A DNA stretch of 25,096 bases from contig JBHLMN010000032.1 in NCBI GenBank assembly GCA_048938105.1, positions 1-25,096 on the forward strand. The letters run 5' to 3'. Under the pieces are notes generated by a model. It was not told where the DNA came from. It saw nothing but the letters and a program-made list of their open reading frames with translations, and searched no databases. The position numbers and the translations under genes were made by a program. Positions within the stretch are counted from its first letter, which is position 1, and every line of letters starts with the position of its first letter. Origin of the DNA: Promethearchaeota archaeon. Its GTDB lineage: Archaea; Asgardarchaeota; Heimdallarchaeia; Hodarchaeales; Hodarchaeaceae. Positions 18,679-25,096 of this stretch are shown here, piece by piece.

Positions 18679-19509
18679 TTATAACTTATTTTTTTTTTCA
18701 TTGAATTTGAAAATTAAATTAATGGGCTTCTTTTCTTCACTAATATCAAAATTCCTTAAAAGGTTTTTTTGTTTATATAAAACAGCAAATACAATTGGTA
18801 TTATGATGCTAGAAATTGTTATTGCAAAACTAGTAAAAACTTGAGCTGTTGGTTCTGGATAAATATTAACCAAGATTTGATACAAAAAAAAGAAACTAAT
18901 CAACAAACCAAGTATAAAATTAAAAATTACTGAAATTATAACTAACAATCGAATATTAGAGAACTTACCATAAATTGCTAAAATACTGTTTTTTATTAAT
19001 TCTTCTTGCTTTTCATTTATTTTAATACCATCAGGTCCAAATTCTTGAATTTTTAAGGTTCCATTCAGTTCAAATATTGAATTGTTGACTATTCTTTGGA
19101 AATTATCTAATTCATCATAATATTTCAGGACTTTATCTAATGGATCAATGGATAAATTTTTTATAACTGGAAAATCAAATTTTCTATAAATACCAGAAGA
19201 ATATAGTTCCTGCTCAATTTTGGATGTTAGGTCTTTTAGGTTTGATCTAAAAGCATTGATTGTATCCTCAAAACTGCTCACAATTTTTATCAATGATTTC
19301 TTCGAAATTTTTCCCGTAGAAACCATTGATTTGATCTGATTGCATATTTCTTTAATGTCTTCATCTATTTTTAATTCAGTATAAGATTGTGGTAATTCAG
19401 ACTTGATAATCTTCCTCAATGCATTTGTATAATCCTCTTGTGTTGCAATTATTTTGTTTCTGAAGTTTTTTAATTTTAGAACTGTCTTATCCTGATTCAT
19501 TTTTCCCAA
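18679..19509 (-). CDS. Hypothetical protein: helical/coiled-coil N-terminus plus two C-terminal TM helices
   Basis: Heptad-rich N-terminal two thirds; TMs LLVIISVIFNFILGLLISFFFLY and VFTSFAITISSIIIPIVFAVLY. Alternative start at ATG 19500. Confidence 0.7.
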   Translation of the reverse strand: MGKMNQDKTVLKLKNFRNKIIATQEDYTNALRKIIKSELPQSYTELKIDEDIKEICNQIKSMVSTGKISKKSLIKIVSSFEDTINAFRSNLKDLTSKIEQELYSSGIYRKFDFPVIKNLSIDPLDKVLKYYDELDNFQRIVNNSIFELNGTLKIQEFGPDGIKINEKQEELIKNSILAIYGKFSNIRLLVIISVIFNFILGLLISFFFLYQILVNIYPEPTAQVFTSFAITISSIIIPIVFAVLYKQKNLLRNFDISEEKKPINLIFKFNEKKNKL

Positions 19510-19543
19510 CCAAAGAATCTAATGAACTCATTTAACTGAAGAT

Positions 19544-20845
19544 TTAAGGATATCTTAAGTGAATTATGCATTCCCTCAATTTAGTTTTATGAAATGTGCT
19601 TCGGCGAAATCTTACTATCTCTATTTCTTCAACGATATAACCTAAGGGTTTAAGTAATTCACATAATAATATGTCTGTTGGTATATGAACATTAGAAAAA
19701 CACGAATCACCTATTACAACAGCAATTTTTGCCCCTGGTTCAAGTATTTTATTTAAATTTTTAAAAGTTGTCTCCATATCCTTGAAATAAGCAGTTATCA
19801 TAGCTGGAACCTTTTTATTAAATGGTTTTGATTGCTTAATTTCTTCTGCTAATTTGACAATTGATGGAGATACTTCAATAATTTCATTTTCCTTTATACT
19901 TCCTAAAAAACTCCTTGAGAATGCTTTTTTAAGCTGATAGAACGCTTCTTTACTTTTTACAAAGTCACACCAAAAAAGTTCTAATTTAGTATTCCGAATA
20001 TAATCTATGTTATTAACATATGGAGGAGAAGTGATAATATTAGTGAATTTTTCGCCATCAAACGCTTTTGATGTTCTATTATCTTCCATTACTAGCTTAT
20101 AGTTGTTATTTTTCACATTGTATTTTTTCCTTATCCATTTCAAGTCTTGGATTACAATATTAAGCCGATTAACATATTCTTCCCATACATTCTTTTCCAT
20201 CGTCATTTTTGATTTTTTATAACCAAGAGAGGGAGATCTAGATGCATTAGACATATCAACAAGCAGTGATGAAAAAATTAACATCAAAAGGTTTCTTAAA
20301 GATATATTATCCAGAAAAAACCAATGTTCTTTCAAAATTAATAAACGTGTTATAGTATTTTTATCATAGAATTTCTCAAGTGTATTCATTGATGGTGGTT
20401 TTAAGGTGATATTGGTTTTAGCTTCAAGAAATTCTTTATTTTTTTCTTTATTACTTTTTAAAAACTTATATTTATTTAAGATCTCATTGAATACTTGTTC
20501 TAATAAAATAATATCTATATCCCAGTTTAATTTCACCTTGGCAAGAAAATGAACAAAAGGATTTAGTTCAAAACCTGCTGAGTATATCTCCCTCTTTTTT
20601 GCTTCTACTAAAATCGTTCCACACCCTGTGAAAGGATCAAAAATCCTTGACTTCTTATTAATCTTGTACCTCTTAAACATATTCTCAACAAAAGACTGAC
20701 TAAATCCCTCTTTATAAGGAAACCATCTGTGAATTGGTGTTTGAGTGTTCCTCTGAAAAGTAACTGAAAAAGGATCAATGTTTTTTGTACTTCTTGTTAT
20801 TTTTCTGTAAGTATTGCTAATACTCGGAGAATACGTACTGGTCAA
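19544..20845 (-). CDS. Site-specific amino-DNA methyltransferase, probably m4C (motif I before motif IV)
   Basis: IHRWFPYKEGFS, FDPFTGCGT (motif I), ITSPPY (motif IV), VVIGDS; GAGGT SD before the TTG start. Confidence 0.9.
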   Translation of the reverse strand: MTSTYSPSISNTYRKITRSTKNIDPFSVTFQRNTQTPIHRWFPYKEGFSQSFVENMFKRYKINKKSRIFDPFTGCGTILVEAKKREIYSAGFELNPFVHFLAKVKLNWDIDIILLEQVFNEILNKYKFLKSNKEKNKEFLEAKTNITLKPPSMNTLEKFYDKNTITRLLILKEHWFFLDNISLRNLLMLIFSSLLVDMSNASRSPSLGYKKSKMTMEKNVWEEYVNRLNIVIQDLKWIRKKYNVKNNNYKLVMEDNRTSKAFDGEKFTNIITSPPYVNNIDYIRNTKLELFWCDFVKSKEAFYQLKKAFSRSFLGSIKENEIIEVSPSIVKLAEEIKQSKPFNKKVPAMITAYFKDMETTFKNLNKILEPGAKIAVVIGDSCFSNVHIPTDILLCELLKPLGYIVEEIEIVRFRRSTFHKTKLRECIIHLRYP

Positions 20846-21100
20846 TAGAAATACCTCTATTCAGAATAATTTAATGTAAAAATTTAACAATGATCAGCCC
20901 ATTCATGTTAAAGCTGTTCATCAAACTAAACTAGATAACCGTATATTCCTTAAATATTAACAATTAAGATCAAATATTGATTAAGCTTTATACATTTTTT
21001 GCTCAATTTATTTATAATTAAGCTCTTTGAAAAATTTTGACTCAAAATTTTCTAAACACTTCTTATTAATTGGTATTTTAGATCGATTTGAAAGGTTAAA

Positions 21101-22177
21101 TTGATGTTCTTAGATGTAAATGACTTTTGCGCTTCATTAAAATCAAATTTACTTTCAGAGGAGATCTCTGTCGCTATTGCGGCTGATAATGATTTAGATG
21201 GATTATTTAGCGCAATCTTGCTTGATATGGGGCTTTATAATCTATTTGATATAGAGGTAGAAACATTCTTCAGAGATGAACTTCGATGGGAAATACCTAT
21301 TGAGGGTGAATTCGATTTATTGGTAATGACAGACTTAGCTTATGATAATACTCCTAATTATAGAGCTGCAGCGGCAAAAGCAAAAGACACATTCGCAATA
21401 GATCATCACATAACAAATGAAACGGGTTTCCCAAAACGAGTGACGGCTTATAATCCTTGTAAAACTGGTCAGTGTTATCTACCAGCTACTTTCTTGGCTA
21501 ATAAAGTCTTGAAAACAATGGGCCAAGAAACTAACCCATTACATGAGTATTTAAATTTGATAGGGGTCTTAGCAGATGCAGGAATAAGCTTCAAGGTTGG
21601 AGAGGATAAAACAATCCAATATTTCTATGATTCAGAATTGACAAAAACCTTTGAAAATGGTCAGAAATCGTTTGAATATCTTTTTCACCAAAAATACTTG
21701 GATAATTTAATTTATCCTCAATTCAAGGAAGTTATAGGGGCATTAAATTTTGAAGGAGCAGAAGAAGGATGGAAAGAATTATATTTTCGATTTATTAATG
21801 AAATGACAGATTTATCAGCAGCTCAAAAACTTGTTAATAAAATTGTCGACAAAAATAATGAAGAATTCCGCAATCTAGTTCAGCAAATTCCAAAAAAACC
21901 AACTGAACTCACAAAATCTGGAATTTGGCTAGTGAAAAATGCAAGTTCGATTAGTAATGGCGTAATTGGGAGAATAATTTCTGAATTACTTGGTTATCCA
22001 GTTGTAACTTACTCATGCAAGAAGTTCTGTCGAGTTTCTGCAAGGGCACCATCAGATAGTGATATAAATTTTATTCCAATGTTTTCTGGGTTTGGAGGCG
22101 GCCATCCTAAAGCCTGTGGGGCCTTTCTGGCCCAAAATCAGTTTAAAGTGTTTCTTGAGAAAATACTGGAGAATTAA
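21101..22177 (+). CDS. DHH/DHHA1 family phosphoesterase (RecJ-like)
   Basis: ADNDLDG, MTDL, IDHH, GVLAD, VSAR and GGGHPKACG motifs. Confidence 0.88.
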   Translation: MMFLDVNDFCASLKSNLLSEEISVAIAADNDLDGLFSAILLDMGLYNLFDIEVETFFRDELRWEIPIEGEFDLLVMTDLAYDNTPNYRAAAAKAKDTFAIDHHITNETGFPKRVTAYNPCKTGQCYLPATFLANKVLKTMGQETNPLHEYLNLIGVLADAGISFKVGEDKTIQYFYDSELTKTFENGQKSFEYLFHQKYLDNLIYPQFKEVIGALNFEGAEEGWKELYFRFINEMTDLSAAQKLVNKIVDKNNEEFRNLVQQIPKKPTELTKSGIWLVKNASSISNGVIGRIISELLGYPVVTYSCKKFCRVSARAPSDSDINFIPMFSGFGGGHPKACGAFLAQNQFKVFLEKILEN

Positions 22178-22182
22178 TCAAC

Positions 22183-23640
22183 TTAATCTATATCAAGTAT
22201 TTTTTTGACGAGATTGATTTTCTCTTCTAAGTTCGCTTGTCTACTAATCATGATTCGTTGGGCTTGGGGGGAACCGGCACCATGTAATGACTCTGTTTTA
22301 TAACTTAACGAAGCAACACCCATTGAGAGATTCTCAACGAATCTGAGGACTTTATATCGTGATTCTACAGATACATCATCTCGTGTCGTAAGGTATTTCT
22401 TTAAACTAGGGCCAATCTCTTCCGAGTCAAAGTCTGCTTGGGATGGCATTGTACAGATGATTCCTCCCGTCACATCTTCAGCTAAACGACCTATTTCGTA
22501 AGGAAATCTAGTAACATTCTGCTTACAGATATTCGCAAGAAGCATATCCATTTCATAATTACCTGCCCCTTCCCTTTCAAACCCCTGAGCGCTACATGCA
22601 ATTCCACAACAGAAGAGAGTTTCATTCAGATGAATCATTTCTACTATTTTATCTCGAATGTGGGAAGCTCCATCGACACCTTGATATTGAGAAATTAATG
22701 AAGCTGCGCCTATAAGGACGTCACCAACACCCACCTTACATCCCCCATATGATTGTCGATGGAAACCTGCAAATCTATTAACCAATTCTCCAGAGAAATC
22801 TATTTCCCCTTTCATAAAAATCTGGGTATGAGGAATAAATACATCATCAAAGATTACGAAGATCTCCTGTCCACCATACTTATAATTTCCAATATCTAAC
22901 TTCCCCTCCTCCATTTTACGAGTATCACATGATTGTCTTCCATATATCATGGTGATACCTTTCTCATCAGTATTAACACCAAAACTCACAGCATACTCTT
23001 CTTCCCCAGGTCTTAATCTCAGAGTAGGCATAATTATAGCCCGATGGGAGTTGAGAAATCCTGTTTGGTGAATTTTAGCTCCTCGGACTATTATTCCATC
23101 ATCATTTTCATCCACAATGTGCAAGTATTGGTCAGGATCAGTTTGATTATTGGGTCGCTTACTTCTATCACCTTTTGTATCTGTCATTGAGCCTGCGACC
23201 ATAAGATCCTCTCTTTGAACTTCGATCCAATAATTTTTGAATCGTTCGTGGTAATTGGTGCCATATTTCTGGTCCATCTCCCATGTAACACTCCATAAAG
23301 CATTTGCTGTATCAAATCCTACACAGCGTTGAAAACAACACGCAGTCTTTTGACCAACAAGACGTTGCATTTTGACTTTGTAAATTAGATCTTCAACAGA
23401 TTGATGAATGTGAGTAAAACGATTAATCGTCTCCCCAGTCAGATGAGATCTTGCAGTCATCAGAGGTTTATATTTATCTATTTGAGCTAGTTCGTAAATT
23501 TTGCTTACTGTATTAAGTGAGGGTTCAATTATTTTGAAATAAGGATGTTTCCAAAATTTTCTAATTCTCTCACCAAACATATACAGATTTATTTCTCTTT
23601 TAATGCTTTCAATATATTCTTCAGGTGTTTTTAGTGGCAT
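22183..23640 (-). CDS. abfD: 4-hydroxybutyryl-CoA dehydratase ([4Fe-4S]/FAD)
   Basis: TACCFQRCVG and HRQSYGGCKVGVGDV carry the 3 Cys + His cluster ligands that separate AbfD from HpaB monooxygenases; ESLHGAGSPQAQR. ATG at 23640. Confidence 0.9.
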   Translation of the reverse strand: MPLKTPEEYIESIKREINLYMFGERIRKFWKHPYFKIIEPSLNTVSKIYELAQIDKYKPLMTARSHLTGETINRFTHIHQSVEDLIYKVKMQRLVGQKTACCFQRCVGFDTANALWSVTWEMDQKYGTNYHERFKNYWIEVQREDLMVAGSMTDTKGDRSKRPNNQTDPDQYLHIVDENDDGIIVRGAKIHQTGFLNSHRAIIMPTLRLRPGEEEYAVSFGVNTDEKGITMIYGRQSCDTRKMEEGKLDIGNYKYGGQEIFVIFDDVFIPHTQIFMKGEIDFSGELVNRFAGFHRQSYGGCKVGVGDVLIGAASLISQYQGVDGASHIRDKIVEMIHLNETLFCCGIACSAQGFEREGAGNYEMDMLLANICKQNVTRFPYEIGRLAEDVTGGIICTMPSQADFDSEEIGPSLKKYLTTRDDVSVESRYKVLRFVENLSMGVASLSYKTESLHGAGSPQAQRIMISRQANLEEKINLVKKILDID

Positions 23641-23666
23641 AGTTATCAATCCTATGATAGAGAATC

Positions 23667-24689
23667 TTAATTCACATCTATGAGTACTTTCATGATCTTA
23701 TCTTTTCTTTCTTCGATGTATTGATATGCCTTGTTATAATCTTCAAAGGCAAAATGATCAGTCATAAGCGATTCAAGTTTCACTTTTTTTGTATTGACTA
23801 GTTCAATTGCTTGTAGATAATCTTTTGTTTGATACATTAAGGTTCCAATAAGTCTTAATTCGTTATTTTGAACTAGTGATAAATCTATAATTGGTTTATC
23901 AGCAAAAACTCCAACAATTATTATATCGGAACCATTTCTCGCATTATTGATTGCATCATTAATTGTTTGATTGCTTCCAACACATTCAATAACTAAATCA
24001 GCTTTCTCTGGACCAAAAGCGTTCACAATCTCCTCAGATAAATTCAGCTTTAACGGGTTTACAATGTGATCTATTCCAACTTTACTTGCTATTTTTAGAC
24101 GAAAATCACTCACATCTGTTATTAATACTGATTTTGCACCTAATCCTTTAGCTGTTTGAGCTATTAAATTTCCGATCGGCCCAGCACCTAGTACTACGAC
24201 TTCCATTCCTTTAAGATTATCTACTTTTGAGAGAGAACCACAGGCTACGGCCACTGGTTCTATCATTGCCCCTTCTTCGTATGACATATTATTGGGTAAT
24301 TTAATTACCCGTTCTACGTTACATACAAAATATTCTGAAGCTATCCCTGGTGTTTGAAATCCCATAACCTTCAATTCATTGCAAATATGATATTTCCCGT
24401 GAGTACAAGGATAACATTTTCCACATACTACCTGTGGTTGGATAGTGACCTTCTCGCCTGATTTAAATTTTTTAACATTACTACCCACTTTCTCAATGAC
24501 TCCTGACCCCTCATGTCCTTGCGTAACTGGATAAGAGGTGTAAGGATGCTTTCCATGATAAACATGAACATCACTCCCACAAATCCCTATTCTCATCATT
24601 TTAATTAACACATCATCTTCCATTAATGCGGGGATAGGTATTTCGTGGAATTCTATTTCACCAGGTGCAATCATGACTTGTTGTTTCAT
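23667..24689 (-). CDS. Zn-dependent medium-chain (sorbitol/polyol-type) dehydrogenase
   Basis: GICGSD, GHE, CGKCYPCTHGKYHIC structural Zn site, GAGPIG. Likely start ATG 24689 (MKQQVMIAPG). Confidence 0.88.
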   Translation of the reverse strand: MKQQVMIAPGEIEFHEIPIPALMEDDVLIKMMRIGICGSDVHVYHGKHPYTSYPVTQGHEGSGVIEKVGSNVKKFKSGEKVTIQPQVVCGKCYPCTHGKYHICNELKVMGFQTPGIASEYFVCNVERVIKLPNNMSYEEGAMIEPVAVACGSLSKVDNLKGMEVVVLGAGPIGNLIAQTAKGLGAKSVLITDVSDFRLKIASKVGIDHIVNPLKLNLSEEIVNAFGPEKADLVIECVGSNQTINDAINNARNGSDIIIVGVFADKPIIDLSLVQNNELRLIGTLMYQTKDYLQAIELVNTKKVKLESLMTDHFAFEDYNKAYQYIEERKDKIMKVLIDVN

Positions 24690-24782
24690 TATTCTCACTT
24701 TAAACATATTATCGGCGATGTTGCATACGGATTTATTGAACAACATTTTAATTAATTGGCCTAATTTCATTTTCTACTGCTG

Positions 24783-25096
24783 ATGAGAACTCTGCATAGT
24801 CATGAAAGTGGTAAGGAACTATTGATCAAGGTGTTCAAACATCAAGAGGTAGATCACATCCCGTGGGTTCCATTTGCTGGAATTCATGCAGGTTTATTGA
24901 AGAATTATACGGCGACTGAGCTATTGACTGATGCAAACAAATTATTAGAATGTTTAATTGAAGTTAATAAGCTCTATCACCCTGATGGACAACCCATCAT
25001 ATTTGATTTACAAGTAGAAGCGGAAATCCTAGGTTGTGGATTAAGATGGAGTGATAAAAGTCCTCCAATGGTTGTCACTCATCCCTTAGAAAACCA
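24783..25096 (+). CDS. URO-D/MtaA-CmuA superfamily protein (corrinoid methyltransferase-like); partial, runs off the window
   Basis: Manual translation from ATG 24783: MRTLHSHESGKELLIKVFKHQEVDHIPWVPFAGIHAG...DGQPIIFDLQVEAEILGCGLRWSDKSPPMVVTHPL. D..VEAE.LGC is typical of MtaA-like proteins. Confidence 0.75.
   Translation, partial: MRTLHSHESGKELLIKVFKHQEVDHIPWVPFAGIHAGLLKNYTATELLTDANKLLECLIEVNKLYHPDGQPIIFDLQVEAEILGCGLRWSDKSPPMVVTHPLEN

Larger units (their letters stand above)
14863..20845 (-). other. Putative horizontally acquired defence island (five co-oriented genes)
   Basis: Gaps of 34, 22, 0 and 143 nt; visibly more AT-rich and homopolymeric than the flanks; bounded on the left by a broken MTase gene. 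Confidence 0.6.

Noticed and set aside
20879-20960. Short plus-strand frame (..VHQTKLDNRIFLKY*) as the lost 3' tip of the truncated MTase
   Set aside because: QTKLD resembles archaeal C-terminal tails, but there is no MTase motif and the match is too short without an alignment.
22183-23640. 4-hydroxyphenylacetate 3-monooxygenase (HpaB)
   Set aside because: Same fold, but the CxxxC and H-x6-C Fe-S ligands indicate AbfD.
1-25096. CRISPR array, tRNA/rRNA, integrase or transposase
   Set aside because: No regularly spaced repeats, no recognisable structural RNA and no recombinase motifs found by eye; no att or target-site duplication seen at the island ends.

Overview
AT-rich archaeal window, probably from an Asgard/Heimdallarchaeia-like genome. 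This is inferred from the archaeal HADH-ECH fusion order, the standalone SCP2, a Thr/Ser-linker + TM + basic C-terminal anchor and frequent TTG/GTG starts; no marker gene proves it. The left part (1-13.7 kb) is ordinary metabolism: an Asp-box beta-propeller surface protein, an ABC pair of FetA/FetB type, PepD, a GNAT, TauE, a beta-oxidation cluster (SCP2, thiolase, HADH-ECH and a tandem truncated HADH paralogue), and an NTase + HAD pair. The stretch at 13.8-14.9 kb holds gene debris: an unannotated ArsC pseudogene and a DNA methyltransferase broken at its SPPY catalytic motif. The most interesting part is a co-oriented minus-strand accessory island at 14.86-20.85 kb: m4C-type DNA methyltransferase -> coiled-coil/2TM protein -> ORC/CDC6-like AAA+ ATPase with a C-terminal PCNA PIP-box-like motif -> tandem CARF-like protein -> Myb-LAGLIDADG-Zn-finger endonuclease. 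It contains no recognisable restriction enzyme, integrase, cas gene or CRISPR array, and I propose it as a candidate uncharacterised antiviral system. The right part holds a DHH/DHHA1 phosphoesterase, 4-hydroxybutyryl-CoA dehydratase, a Zn-dependent polyol dehydrogenase and the start of a URO-D/MtaA-family gene missed by the ORF track. All family calls come from motifs read by eye; no database searches were run.
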